From Candidatus Cloacimonadales bacterium (GTDB lineage Bacteria > Cloacimonadota > Cloacimonadia > Cloacimonadales > JAFGVF01), in contig OY829950.1 in the NCBI GenBank assembly GCA_963692475.1, positions 1,940,554-2,004,553 on the forward strand: a stretch of 64,000 nt of DNA, read 5' to 3'. The translations under genes were made by a program, and so were the position numbers. The notes under the pieces were generated by a model. That model saw nothing but the letters and a program-made list of their open reading frames with translations, was not told where the DNA came from and ran no database searches. This document shows, in pieces, positions 46,295 to 57,014 of the stretch. Numbering within the stretch: the first letter of the stretch is position 1; every line of letters starts with the position of its first letter.

Positions 46295-47235
46295 TATCTA
46301 TTACCTCCTTCTAAAGTTAGTGATCTAAAGACTTCTTCTAAGCTGATATAGTCTCTATGGAATTCTAAGAGTGTCCAATCTTGTTGCTTGATATAGTTAT
46401 AGATTTCTTTTCTTACATCATTAGTTGGTGTATATTCGAAAATTGCTTCATTAAAATTATCTAAAATAGGTTTAAAACTAACTAATTTCGCACTTGGGAT
46501 TACACCGTTGATCTGAGTTAACTCATCTTTAGAAGCATCTACCTGAAGAATTAAACGAGCCCGGTTTGAATAATCTTCAGTAAGGGCAGCTTGAGAACCA
46601 TCTGCAACTATTTTACCCTTATTGATAATAACAATTCTATCACAAAGAGCTTGAACTTCCTGCAAAATATGACTTGAAAGAATAACAGTTTTCTCTTTCC
46701 CTAAATCTTTGATTAATTCTCTTATTTCGACTATTTGGTTAGGGTCAAGACCAGAAGTAGGTTCATCAAGAATTAGAATTTTAGGATTATGAATAATTGC
46801 TTGAGCTAAACCAACTCTCTGCTTATAACCTTTAGAAAGAGTATGAATAGGTTTTGCTACAACCCCTTTAAGTCCACACTTAGCAATAGTTTTCTTAAAG
46901 GCTTTTTCAAATTCTTTACCCTTGATACCTCGCATATTGCCAACATACTTCAGATAATCAAAAACTGTCATCTCAAGATAGAGTGGGTTAGTTTCAGGTA
47001 GGTAACCAATCATTGCTCTAATTTCTTCAGAGTTTTCAGCAACATTATAGTTTTCTACGGAAATATTACCTGCTGAAGGGGTTAGATAACAAGTAATCAT
47101 CTTCAAAGTAGTAGACTTCCCAGCTCCATTAGGACCTAAGAAACCAAGAATTTCACCTTCGTTTATTTCGAAGTTAATGGAATCCACTGCGCGTACTGTT
47201 CCATAATCTTTAACAAGATTTTCCAGCCGAATCAT
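46294..47235 (-). CDS. ABC transporter ATP-binding protein (GldA-like)
   Basis: GPNGAGKST Walker A, LSKGYKQRV signature, LILDEPTSGLD Walker B. Confidence 0.92.
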   Translation of the reverse strand: MIRLENLVKDYGTVRAVDSINFEINEGEILGFLGPNGAGKSTTLKMITCYLTPSAGNISVENYNVAENSEEIRAMIGYLPETNPLYLEMTVFDYLKYVGNMRGIKGKEFEKAFKKTIAKCGLKGVVAKPIHTLSKGYKQRVGLAQAIIHNPKILILDEPTSGLDPNQIVEIRELIKDLGKEKTVILSSHILQEVQALCDRIVIINKGKIVADGSQAALTEDYSNRARLILQVDASKDELTQINGVIPSAKLVSFKPILDNFNEAIFEYTPTNDVRKEIYNYIKQQDWTLLEFHRDYISLEEVFRSLTLEGGNR

Positions 47236-47441
47236 TGTTTCCTCTCCTTTTTTAATTTTTTTTGTAATTATATATCATATAATAACGATTTATTAAATCA
47301 TTCGTTACATAAAATTTTTATTATATCTAATTCCATAACCATTTAGAACAATCTATAGTGAATTACCAATCCGTCCTTGTTCGTGTCTCAATAGGTCATT
47401 TAAGAGCCTTTGAGACAGTTACAAACACGCAATTAGAAGCG

Positions 47442-48614
47442 TTAATGTGAAATCTTATTTTTCATAGTCAAGACTACTGGAATCATGCCGAAAGCTAAAT
47501 AACCACCAATCCTGAAGGTTGTTGTAAGATCTATTCTATCACCTAAAAATCCTACCGCAAAAGAAGCAAGAGAACCTATGGCAAAATTAATAGTCATATA
47601 AACGCCATTCACAAAAGATTGGCGATTTGTATCTTTATCATGAACATAAGCCAAGATAATAGGATGAGAGAAGAACATGAAGAAACCTAACAATGATAAA
47701 AGAGCCAGAGCTGTATTCCCACTTGAATAAGTGTATAATATCATTAATATAGGTGATAAAATTGCCATTATTAAGAGAGCATTTTTCCTGCCAATATAAT
47801 CTGATACTGTTCCTGCTGTAAAAGTACCTACTGCTCCTGCAAATTGCATAATCGAAAGAGCCATACTGGAAACAAAAATAGTAGAACCTGTAGATTTCAT
47901 ATAGGTGGGTAAAAAGGTAACTAAAGCTTGTTTCATTAAACTTTGGAAAAAGAATATACCAGCAACAGTAGCAAAGATAGGCAGCATATATTTCAATACT
48001 TCTTTATGAGAATCATTCTTAAAATAAGTAGCTTTTACAGCTTTGGAGTCCTGTTCTACTTTGTTTATTTTGAGTAGAATCAAGAAGGATAAACAGAGTC
48101 CAATAGGTATCAATCTCCATACCCCTTCTAATGTCCAGTATGATATAGCAGCTGTAATTACTAAGGGACCAATAGAGCGAGCTAACTCTCCTCCTAACAT
48201 ATAAAAACTCATTCCTAAGCCTTTTTTCTCACCAGCAACTTTTTTTACTAAAACTGGTGAGGGAACATGAATTAAAGTAGAACCGAAACCTGCAATCAAT
48301 AATAAAATAAAAAGAGTGATATAGTTATTAGCCACTCCCATTAAAGTCATTGAAGTAACGGCTATTGCTGGTGCTGAGGCAACAAAGTATTTAAGTTTAA
48401 ATCTATCAGTAAGTGAACCAATGACAGGATTAAGCAAATTAGGAAGTCTTAAAGCAATAGGTAAAGTGCCAGCTAACATAAGTGAGAAACCAATTTTATC
48501 TCTTAACAAAGGAAGCATAACTGGGAAAAAACCAGTAAAGCTATCATGGAGCATGTGGGCTAAAGAGATTGTAAGAATGTTACTTAGCTGGAATTTATTT
48601 TGTTTCTGACTCAT
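47442..48614 (-). CDS. MFS transporter
   Basis: 390 aa, about 12 TM segments, D-R-x-G-R-K-like loop (DYIGRKN). Confidence 0.8.
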   Translation of the reverse strand: MSQKQNKFQLSNILTISLAHMLHDSFTGFFPVMLPLLRDKIGFSLMLAGTLPIALRLPNLLNPVIGSLTDRFKLKYFVASAPAIAVTSMTLMGVANNYITLFILLLIAGFGSTLIHVPSPVLVKKVAGEKKGLGMSFYMLGGELARSIGPLVITAAISYWTLEGVWRLIPIGLCLSFLILLKINKVEQDSKAVKATYFKNDSHKEVLKYMLPIFATVAGIFFFQSLMKQALVTFLPTYMKSTGSTIFVSSMALSIMQFAGAVGTFTAGTVSDYIGRKNALLIMAILSPILMILYTYSSGNTALALLSLLGFFMFFSHPIILAYVHDKDTNRQSFVNGVYMTINFAIGSLASFAVGFLGDRIDLTTTFRIGGYLAFGMIPVVLTMKNKISH

Positions 48615-48963
48615 TTTTCCTCATTTCATCCCAAGTCGCAAAAGCTCTTCTCATATGAGGGATTACAATAGAGCCCCCAACTAATAAACCAATACTTAAT
48701 GCTTCCTCAATTTGTAAATCAGAGTACTTTAAATCAAAGCAATTCTTTAAATGGTATGTTACGCAGTCATCACATCGTAAAACTAATGAAGCAACAAGTC
48801 CCAATAACTCTTTAGTGTCTTGTGGTAAAGCACCATCACGGTACATTTGATTATCTAAAGAGAGAAATCTATTTGTCTGTAAAGAAGTATATTTTGCCAT
48901 AATATTGTTTAACCTTTCTCTCTCTTGTGTGAAATCTTGTATAGTCTTTTGTTTCATAAACAC
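48595..48963 (-). CDS. Carboxymuconolactone decarboxylase / AhpD-like family protein
   Basis: 122 aa with CDDCVTYH (CxxC-H) motif. 20-nt overlap with the MFS gene. Confidence 0.75.
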   Translation of the reverse strand: MFMKQKTIQDFTQERERLNNIMAKYTSLQTNRFLSLDNQMYRDGALPQDTKELLGLVASLVLRCDDCVTYHLKNCFDLKYSDLQIEEALSIGLLVGGSIVIPHMRRAFATWDEMRKNESETK

Positions 48964-49023
48964 CTCAAATTCTATTTTTTATTGAACCAAGATATTTAAG
49001 GGGGAAATCTTGTCTTTAATTAT

Positions 49024-51543
49024 TTAATTACAAAGGCGAATTATTTTCTTATAAAGTTCATTTTTATTGATAGGCTTAGCAACAAACTCATTACAACCTG
49101 CTGCAATATATTTATCTCTCTCTTCTGACATAGCATAAGCTGTGAGAGCTATTACAGGTAATTTTTGAAATTTTTCGCTTTGACGTATATTTTGCAGGGT
49201 TTCCATGCCATCCATAACAGGCATTTGCATATCTAAAAGGAATATATCATAATTTTTCTCTTCTAACATCTCTAAAGCTATTTTTCCATTATCAGCAATA
49301 TCACAAGTGTTATTTACTTTTTTCAAAATTGATTTAATTAATTTTTGGTTTATTGCATTATCTTCAGCAACCAAAATACTATAACTACTTAAATCTACAA
49401 CTATGTTAGAATCATAATCCATTTTATCTTTTAAAGGAGCAGATCCTTTTCCTTCAGGAAGTGGAATAGATACTTCAAAAGAAGAACCATGATTAATTTT
49501 AGAGTCAACTTTTATTTCACCTTGCATTACATCAACAATTCTTTTTACGATTGAAAGCCCTAAACCAGTTCCGTAAGTTACTTTCTTTTCGTCGGAACGT
49601 ATTTGTTCAAAAGCATTAAAGATAGTTTCTAACTTCTGTTTTTTGATTCCAATCCCAGTATCTCTTACAATAAAAGAGGCTATACCATTGCTATATTTTA
49701 ACTCCAAAGTAATTTCACCTCTTTCGGTATAGTTAACAGCGTTGGAAAGAAGGTTAATCAGAATTTGTTTCAGTTGAATCTCATCACCAATTACTCGGTC
49801 AGGAATAATTAATGACTTAATGACTTTGAACTCCAAGGATTTATTATTAGCACTAACAGAAATAATTCTATGAACTTCATCAATCACATTCTTCAATGAG
49901 AATTCTGTTTTAGCTAATTTGATGTTTCCAGATTCGATTTTTGATAATTCTAAAATGTTATTAATAATATCTAATAAGTGATTCCCAGATTGTACTATCG
50001 TTCTAAGTTTTTCTCGCTTATCAAGATCTTTTTCAATATCATAAATCAGCTGGGAAAATCCATTGATTGCATTTAAAGGTGTTCTGATTTCATGACTCAT
50101 ATGTGAAAGGAAAGTAGATTTAGCTCTATTAGCTTCTTCTGCATCCTCTTTAGCCTTTTTAAGGTCTTCTTCAAATGCTTTCATATCAGAAACATCTATC
50201 AAATATTCAAGATAACCAACATAGTTTTGATTTGCATCAAAAAGTAATCTTGTATGATCTTTAACCCAAATCTCAGCCCCATCTCTTTTTATCATCTTGT
50301 AGGGCGAATGAGAGTAATATTCCTGTCTTTTAGCATAGAATTCATCTGCTTCTTTAAAAAGTTTAGGAAGCATATCTTCACTAATAAAAGAATTAATGTC
50401 TAAATTTAATTCAATAATCTCAGATTTGGTATAACCTGTGAAGTGCTTAACATTCTCAGAAACCCATTCGATTTTTTTCTTCTCTTCTCTGTTAATGCAC
50501 TTCATAACCATAACAGGTCCATTTTCAAATAGATTTCTTTCTAATATTAAATTACCAAGATGCTCTTCTTTCTCTGTAATATCACTAAATCCTACTAAAA
50601 CAAGGTTACTATCAATCTTAGAAAAATGAAGATTAAAAATATAGTATTTATCACCAATATTAAATTCTATCTTTTCAATATGAAGAGTTGTTTCATTACT
50701 TTGTATAAATTTTTTCTTGTTGTCTAAAATTGTTTTCACAAGTTCAGGATCATTTGAGAATGAGTAAAGAAGAGAAGAGAAAGAATATTCAGTAATATTT
50801 TCTTTTTTAAATTGAAGATAAACATAATGATTGAAATAGACAATGCTATCGTTTTCTAATATTAAAATTGGAAATGGAATTTTGTCTATTGTGTTGTGAA
50901 ATCCAACATTATTATCTGCCATATTTTTTTGAGCTAAATAGTATTCAGTATAATCACTAAAAATTGTGCTTACTAAGCGCTGATTGGATGGCTGATTCGA
51001 AACAATAGAAGTAACACGAAAATGAAAGAAACGATTATCTAAAATACCATGAGCAAAATAATCACCCCTCTCTCCAGTCTCTTTGCAATGTTGTGTTTGG
51101 GCAATGATTTTGCTTACTTCATCATTATTGATTGTTAATTTATTAGCTATCTCTCTTATTGATAAATCTGGATTCTCATTTATGAACTTATCTAAACTTG
51201 GTGATAAAGAATTATTCTTCAATACGGTTTTATCATTCTCGTCTTTAGTAATTATAATAGCAGGAACTAACCCTATGATGTCTTTGATTATTGAATTTAA
51301 CTCTTCTTGCTGAGTTGGAGAGGATTGACTAATGATTTTTGTAATTGTTGTTTGCTCATATCCTAACTTTTCATATCCATTAATATCTATAAGAATACGA
51401 ATCTGAGCTTCATTTAATAGATAGGAACTAGTAACCTCTTCAATGTTTTCAATATCCAAGAACTTTGAATAAGATTTAATGGTTTCTATATTCATGCTTA
51501 GTCTATCACATAACTCTTTACAAGTAAATTCTTTTTTCATCAA
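49024..51543 (-). CDS. Hybrid sensor histidine kinase (PAS - HisKA - HATPase - REC) with N-terminal HTH-like region
   Basis: H-box SHMSHEIRTPLNAI, G-box GTGLGLSIVKRIV, receiver DIFLLDMQMPVMDG. Confidence 0.88.
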   Translation of the reverse strand: MMKKEFTCKELCDRLSMNIETIKSYSKFLDIENIEEVTSSYLLNEAQIRILIDINGYEKLGYEQTTITKIISQSSPTQQEELNSIIKDIIGLVPAIIITKDENDKTVLKNNSLSPSLDKFINENPDLSIREIANKLTINNDEVSKIIAQTQHCKETGERGDYFAHGILDNRFFHFRVTSIVSNQPSNQRLVSTIFSDYTEYYLAQKNMADNNVGFHNTIDKIPFPILILENDSIVYFNHYVYLQFKKENITEYSFSSLLYSFSNDPELVKTILDNKKKFIQSNETTLHIEKIEFNIGDKYYIFNLHFSKIDSNLVLVGFSDITEKEEHLGNLILERNLFENGPVMVMKCINREEKKKIEWVSENVKHFTGYTKSEIIELNLDINSFISEDMLPKLFKEADEFYAKRQEYYSHSPYKMIKRDGAEIWVKDHTRLLFDANQNYVGYLEYLIDVSDMKAFEEDLKKAKEDAEEANRAKSTFLSHMSHEIRTPLNAINGFSQLIYDIEKDLDKREKLRTIVQSGNHLLDIINNILELSKIESGNIKLAKTEFSLKNVIDEVHRIISVSANNKSLEFKVIKSLIIPDRVIGDEIQLKQILINLLSNAVNYTERGEITLELKYSNGIASFIVRDTGIGIKKQKLETIFNAFEQIRSDEKKVTYGTGLGLSIVKRIVDVMQGEIKVDSKINHGSSFEVSIPLPEGKGSAPLKDKMDYDSNIVVDLSSYSILVAEDNAINQKLIKSILKKVNNTCDIADNGKIALEMLEEKNYDIFLLDMQMPVMDGMETLQNIRQSEKFQKLPVIALTAYAMSEERDKYIAAGCNEFVAKPINKNELYKKIIRLCN

Positions 51544-51765
51544 TTAGTCCATTAGATTAGTTTTTTACTCATATCATGATTTGTCGAATACTTGTCAAGA
51601 AAACATTTTTAAAAAATTACATGTTTTGTTTATTTCTATGAAAAATGCTAAAAATAGAAAGTAATGTGAATAAGTAATTCATAAAAGTAATAGCAAATCT
51701 AAGTATGAAGAAAGAATTTTATTTGACCCTTAACTTCACCTCTTAACAAAAATACCAAGCTAATA

Positions 51766-52905
51766 CTAATAAGCTAATATTAAGATAGCTTCTATATCTT
51801 CTCTATTAAATTTACTTATATTACCAATTGCAGGAAACTCCATAATTTTATCTGTTATAAGCCCTAAATCTTTTTTCTGTATGCAAAGATCTCTTAAGGA
51901 AACAGGATTTCCCCAATTCCTTATCTTATTCCTCATTGATATCAAAGCTGAAATACTATTTTCTTCTCCCCAAATCTCAAACCAATCATTGAATTTTTCA
52001 GGATACTTGAAAACCATATACTCAATCCAAGCAGGAAAAATTACTCCCAATCCTGCACCGTGAGCTATTTGTGGATAAAGAGCTGAAAGAGCATGTTCAA
52101 TAATATGACAAGCCCAGTCTCCTCCATTCATTCCAATTCCACTTATTCCATTTAAGGCAAGAGTTGCTGACCAAGCTAAATTTGCCCTGGCAGTATAATC
52201 TTCAGGATTCTCTTTAAGGCGATCTACCATTGAAATAATGGTCTTAACTATAGCTTTATCTATTTCCCTGGTAACTATAGCTTCATGATCAACAAAATAG
52301 TACTCAAAAATATGAGCTATTGCATCTAAACCACCATTAACTGTCTGATCCCATGGGAGTGAAAATTGCAGAGAAGGGTCAATTATTGAAAGCTTAGGGA
52401 ATAATAAAGGCGAGCCACCACCCCATTTTTGCTGAGTCTTAGTGTTAGTTATTACAAAGCCACTATTCATTTCCGAGCCTGTCGCAGAGATAGTTAGGAC
52501 AGTATAAATTGGAAGAACTTTATCTGCCTGCACTTTTCTTTGCATAAAAAGCCACAAGTCATCTAAGTAATATCCTACTGCTAGAGCTTTAGCACTATCT
52601 ATTACACTTCCTCCACCTACAGCCAATATGGCATCTATATTATTTTGTTGAGCTAATTCAATAGTTTCGTTAACTTTCTCTAAGGTTGGATTTGCCTGAA
52701 CTCCCCACATCTCTACCCATTCAATATTATTCTGTTTGAGTGATGTAATGATTTGCTCATAAGTCCCATTTGATTTAATAGATCCCTTTCCAGCTAATAA
52801 TAGAACCTTTTTATGTTTATCTAAACTCAGTTCTTTACCAATTTCTGTAACTCTATTTTTCCCAAAAATAACTTTTGTGGGATTGTAAAAATTAAATTTA
52901 TTCAT
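51766..52905 (-). CDS. Iron-containing alcohol dehydrogenase (butanol dehydrogenase/YqhD-like)
   Basis: GGGSVIDSAKA dinucleotide motif and metal-binding His cluster (HIFEY..., HIIEHALS, HGAGLG). Confidence 0.88.
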   Translation of the reverse strand: MNKFNFYNPTKVIFGKNRVTEIGKELSLDKHKKVLLLAGKGSIKSNGTYEQIITSLKQNNIEWVEMWGVQANPTLEKVNETIELAQQNNIDAILAVGGGSVIDSAKALAVGYYLDDLWLFMQRKVQADKVLPIYTVLTISATGSEMNSGFVITNTKTQQKWGGGSPLLFPKLSIIDPSLQFSLPWDQTVNGGLDAIAHIFEYYFVDHEAIVTREIDKAIVKTIISMVDRLKENPEDYTARANLAWSATLALNGISGIGMNGGDWACHIIEHALSALYPQIAHGAGLGVIFPAWIEYMVFKYPEKFNDWFEIWGEENSISALISMRNKIRNWGNPVSLRDLCIQKKDLGLITDKIMEFPAIGNISKFNREDIEAILILAY

Positions 52906-53290
52906 CTCTCCACCCTATAGTAATTATTGTAATAATATAAGTTAATTTCCCATTCTATGCAAGTTGAAACTATAATATTATGAAAAAAGTATGTCTAATT
53001 GTTTTTTTAATTGGTCATAAATTATGAAAGAAGGAAAGTATTTCCCTGTAAAATTAAGAAACATGGAAAAAAATATTTTTTTAATTGACTTATCTAAATT
53101 AAAGTAATAAATTAGTAATTAAAGAAAAAAGATGAAATTAATAATGATTTTATATAATAAATAGAGATTTATTGGATATTTCCATAACTAAATTAATCAT
53201 CTATTGAATTGTAAGTTAATAGAACTTGAAAAACTCACTTTAACGAGTAAATTAAGCATTCACATGTGAATCTTTTTATAAGGAGTTACT

Positions 53291-54916
53291 TTGGATACAA
53301 AAGCAAAGATATTAGTTGTAGATGATGAGAAGATAATTAGGAAACTTCTTGGAGCGACCTTAACCAAGAACGGATATGACATAGATTTTGCATCTAATGG
53401 TTATGAAGCAATAAATAAGATAAAAGCTGAACAGTTTGATTTAATTCTTTTAGATGTAACAATGCCTGGTTTAGATGGTTTTGAAACATGCAGAAGAATA
53501 ATTAACATCGATCCTGAACTTCCAGTAATCCAAGTTACTTCAAGTACAGATAATGAATCTTTAACAAAAGGTTTTGAAGCAGGCGCTTTAGATTATATCA
53601 GAAAACCATGGCAAACTATGGAATTGCTTGCTCGTGTAAAAAATATTCTTAGAATTAAAGCTGCTGAAAAAGAGAAACAAATTTATTTTAAGACCCTTCA
53701 AGATGATATGATAACTGCCTCAGTGATTATGAAAATGATTTTACCTGAATGGATTTTCTTAGATAATAATATGCTTTTTGTTTCAGACTATGTCCCATCA
53801 AATCATGTTGGTGGAGACGTATTTAACTCTGTTAAACTAAATGATAATCAGTATATTGTTTATCTCGGAGATATTTCTGGACATGGTGTTCAAGCTGCTC
53901 TTTTCATGTCTGCAGTCCGAACCACTATTAATCTCTTAATTGATGAACATAAAGATGATTTTAACATTACTACTTTAATGACAAAACTTAATACAACTCT
54001 CTCTAAAGACCTCTTTAAATCAACTGATTCTTACTTTACTTTAATATTTGGAATCATTGATTTTGAGGAGAAAACTTTCGAGTATGTCAATTGTGGGCAT
54101 CCTCCTTTCATTGAATATAGCGTTACTTCAAATGAAGTTATCATTCATGATGAGAAAGGTACTATTCCTATAGGGTGGAAAGCTAATTATGTTTTTGATG
54201 AATCAGAAGTTGGCAAAATTGATTTAGCTATGGATAAGATAATTTTCCTCTATACAGATGGCTTGAATGAAAGTATTGATTCTGAAGGCAATGAGTTTGG
54301 TATTAATGGATTAACTAATATTTTAAAAAACAAACTTGATGATGTTAATGCTGTAACACTACCATTTAAAATTAAACAGTATCTTCAAGATAATAAATAC
54401 AAGCTTAGTAGCGATGACTTTACCCTTTTTGCTTTCCAACTTCAAGGGAATACAAACTTTCAAATGATTCAAGAAGATCCAGAAAAAATCAAAAAGATGG
54501 TTTTTTGGATTAAAGCTGTGATGAAAGATGTTGGAGCAATTTCTCAACACTGTGAAAAGCTTATTTTAGCCTGGACAAAGAATGCAACGCTTTCTGCTAA
54601 AGTTGAGATTATTATTGATGAATTGCTTAATAACATTATTGAGCATGGTTATAAATATGAAGAGACAGCAAGAATTGTTTTTGAATTTAAGTTAGTCGGA
54701 ACCAAACTTTACATAACAATGTGGGATAAAGGTATAGAGTGGATACCTGAGACCGTAAAGTATAATCAGGATAACCCTTACCTTTTCGAAAAAGATCTTT
54801 TTGATATCTCTGGGAGAGGACTTTACATGGTTCTATCTTGGTCACAAGAGTTCTATCGTAATAGATATTCAGAAGAATTAAATGAAACAATAGTAGTCTT
54901 AGATCTTAATAGATAG
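53291..54916 (+). CDS. Response-regulator receiver - PP2C/SpoIIE phosphatase - HATPase (RsbW-like) fusion protein
   Basis: TTG start with AAGGAG RBS. REC (LILLDVTMPGLDG). PP2C blocks GGDVFN, LGDISGHGVQAALFMS, LYTDGL. C-terminal IIDELLNNIIEHG ... GRGLYMV resembles anti-sigma serine kinases. Confidence 0.8.
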   Translation: MDTKAKILVVDDEKIIRKLLGATLTKNGYDIDFASNGYEAINKIKAEQFDLILLDVTMPGLDGFETCRRIINIDPELPVIQVTSSTDNESLTKGFEAGALDYIRKPWQTMELLARVKNILRIKAAEKEKQIYFKTLQDDMITASVIMKMILPEWIFLDNNMLFVSDYVPSNHVGGDVFNSVKLNDNQYIVYLGDISGHGVQAALFMSAVRTTINLLIDEHKDDFNITTLMTKLNTTLSKDLFKSTDSYFTLIFGIIDFEEKTFEYVNCGHPPFIEYSVTSNEVIIHDEKGTIPIGWKANYVFDESEVGKIDLAMDKIIFLYTDGLNESIDSEGNEFGINGLTNILKNKLDDVNAVTLPFKIKQYLQDNKYKLSSDDFTLFAFQLQGNTNFQMIQEDPEKIKKMVFWIKAVMKDVGAISQHCEKLILAWTKNATLSAKVEIIIDELLNNIIEHGYKYEETARIVFEFKLVGTKLYITMWDKGIEWIPETVKYNQDNPYLFEKDLFDISGRGLYMVLSWSQEFYRNRYSEELNETIVVLDLNR

Positions 54917-54924
54917 GAGTTTTT

Positions 54925-55761
54925 ATGCCAAAAGTATCCATAATTATGAGAATCTATAATGAAATGCCCTATATAAAATATGCTTTGAGAATGCTGAAAC
55001 AGCAAAGTCTTCAAGATTATGAGCTCATTATTGTAGATTCAGGCTCAACAGATGGCAGTTATCAAGTAGCAGAAGAGGCAAATCCTGATGTTATTTATCA
55101 AATTCAACCTGGGACTTATGTTCCAGGAAGAGTATTAAATGAGGCTATTAATAAGGCATCTGGAGAGCTGATAGTATTCAATAATTCAGATTGCATTCCT
55201 CAGAACAACTTTTGGTTAGAAAATCTTATTAGACCATTCCAGCAAGATCAAGAAACAATAGCAGTTTTTGCTAATCAAGTTCCTCGTCCAGATGCAAATC
55301 CATTAGTTAGAAAAGACTATGAACGTGCTTTTGGAGATGGCTCAATCTCAGCTAAATGGAAACATTTCTTTTCTTTGGCATCATCTGCAGTTAGAAAAGA
55401 TGTTATTACCCAATATCCTTTTAATCCCACTATTCAATATTCTGAAGATATCGAATGGTCCTGGAGAATGAAGCAAATGGGTAAGAAAATAATATATGTT
55501 CCAGACGCTATTGTAGAACATTCTCATAATTATACCTGGAAAGGCTTAGTTAAACGTTATACTGGTGAAGGTAAAGCGGAGAAAGAGATTTATAAAGAGA
55601 CAAGAGCTTGCTTTATGAAATCAGTAGTGTTTTCAGCAGGACTTGAATTCTTGAGAGACTTCATCTATTTAATTAAACATAGAGAAGTACAATGGATACC
55701 TTATGCTTGTGTTCTTAGATTTTTACAGAGATATTGTGTTTGGAAAGCGAGAGCAATATAA
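54925..55761 (+). CDS. Family 2 glycosyltransferase
   Basis: VSIIMRIYNE...IVDSGSTDGS...NSDC: GT2 DxD-type layout. Confidence 0.85.
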   Translation: MPKVSIIMRIYNEMPYIKYALRMLKQQSLQDYELIIVDSGSTDGSYQVAEEANPDVIYQIQPGTYVPGRVLNEAINKASGELIVFNNSDCIPQNNFWLENLIRPFQQDQETIAVFANQVPRPDANPLVRKDYERAFGDGSISAKWKHFFSLASSAVRKDVITQYPFNPTIQYSEDIEWSWRMKQMGKKIIYVPDAIVEHSHNYTWKGLVKRYTGEGKAEKEIYKETRACFMKSVVFSAGLEFLRDFIYLIKHREVQWIPYACVLRFLQRYCVWKARAI

Positions 55762-55763
55762 TC

Positions 55764-56885
55764 ATGAAAAAATATAAAATTTTAGTATCTGTTTTGGCTT
55801 ATGATAATGGAAAATCAGGGATTGCTGACTATATCAATAATGTTGTGAAATATCTCTCTCTTGATCATAGTTTGGATATTTTAATCTATGAAAAAGATAG
55901 CTATATTTTCCCTCATAAAAGCGATAATATAAATTTTCTCATTGTATCTGATAAATTCTCTAAACCTGCTGTAAGTATGTCATATCATCTCTTTGTTTTG
56001 CCATATACCCTACCTTTAGATGAATATGACTTTGTCTTTTTACCTGCTGGGAATAGAAGATTATTCTCCTATTACCCTAAGAAAACTATTGTTACCTTCC
56101 ATGACCTTTCTCAATTCCATATTGATAATAAATATGATTCCATGAGAATGCATTATATAAAAAAAGTAATACCTTTCTTTTTGAAAAAAGCTCAAGTAGT
56201 TATGGCTATTAGTGAGAGTACAAAAAATGATTTAGTGAAATATTATGGTATGTGTGAAGATAAAATCCATGTAAATTATAATGGTTATGACCCTTCAAAG
56301 TTATCGGTTAATCTTTCCAAAGAACAATTAGTTAACAAATTTAATATTTCTAGTGAATATATCTTGTATATCTCACGCATAGAACACCCTGGTAAAAATC
56401 ATCTTAATCTTATCAAGGCTTATGAATACTTACCTGAATATCTGAAGAAAAAATACAAATTAGTATTTGCTGGAAGTGAATGGAACGGTGCTGAAGAGGT
56501 TTTAAATTATGCTCACAAATCTCCTGATAAAGATAGAATTATCTTCTTAGGTTTTGTCCAAGATCAAGATTTAGGAGCACTTTATAGTTATGCTTCCCTC
56601 TACGCTTTTCCTTCTTTTTATGAAGGATTTGGTATCCCTTTATTAGAAGCTATGTATAGTGAAACTCCTGTTGTATGTTCTAATGTCTCATCTCTCCCGG
56701 AAGTCGGTGGTGATGCTGTTATAACTTTCGATCCCAGTTCTCCAGAAAACATCACTGGGGTTATCAAATATGTTTTAGAAAACCCGGAAATTGCTGAAAA
56801 AATGGTGGTGAAAGGTAAAGAACAAGTTAAAAAATTTAGCTGGGAAAAGCATTGCCAGAAGATTATTGATTTAATTGAAAGATAA
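55764..56885 (+). CDS. Family 4 (GT-B) glycosyltransferase
   Basis: EGFGIPLLEAM E-x7-E motif. ORF track start 55734; I prefer ATG 55764 (MKKYKILVS). Confidence 0.85.
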   Translation: MKKYKILVSVLAYDNGKSGIADYINNVVKYLSLDHSLDILIYEKDSYIFPHKSDNINFLIVSDKFSKPAVSMSYHLFVLPYTLPLDEYDFVFLPAGNRRLFSYYPKKTIVTFHDLSQFHIDNKYDSMRMHYIKKVIPFFLKKAQVVMAISESTKNDLVKYYGMCEDKIHVNYNGYDPSKLSVNLSKEQLVNKFNISSEYILYISRIEHPGKNHLNLIKAYEYLPEYLKKKYKLVFAGSEWNGAEEVLNYAHKSPDKDRIIFLGFVQDQDLGALYSYASLYAFPSFYEGFGIPLLEAMYSETPVVCSNVSSLPEVGGDAVITFDPSSPENITGVIKYVLENPEIAEKMVVKGKEQVKKFSWEKHCQKIIDLIER

Positions 56886-57014
56886 GGCTTTAACTCCGAG
56901 TAAAATTAATTTCTGCAACATTGGAAATCATTACCATAAATTTATACTAAGCTGGATAAATAATCAACTACTTATCCGATTTAGTAGCAATAGTTTGTTA
57001 GGATGAATATTAAC

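Noticed and set aside
47340-47440. Structured leader or riboswitch upstream of the ABC operon (hairpin GTCTCAA...TTGAGAC)
   Set aside because: It is a single 7-bp stem with an 18-nt loop, with no further conserved elements and no recognisable riboswitch core. It could equally be a weak terminator of the MFS gene.
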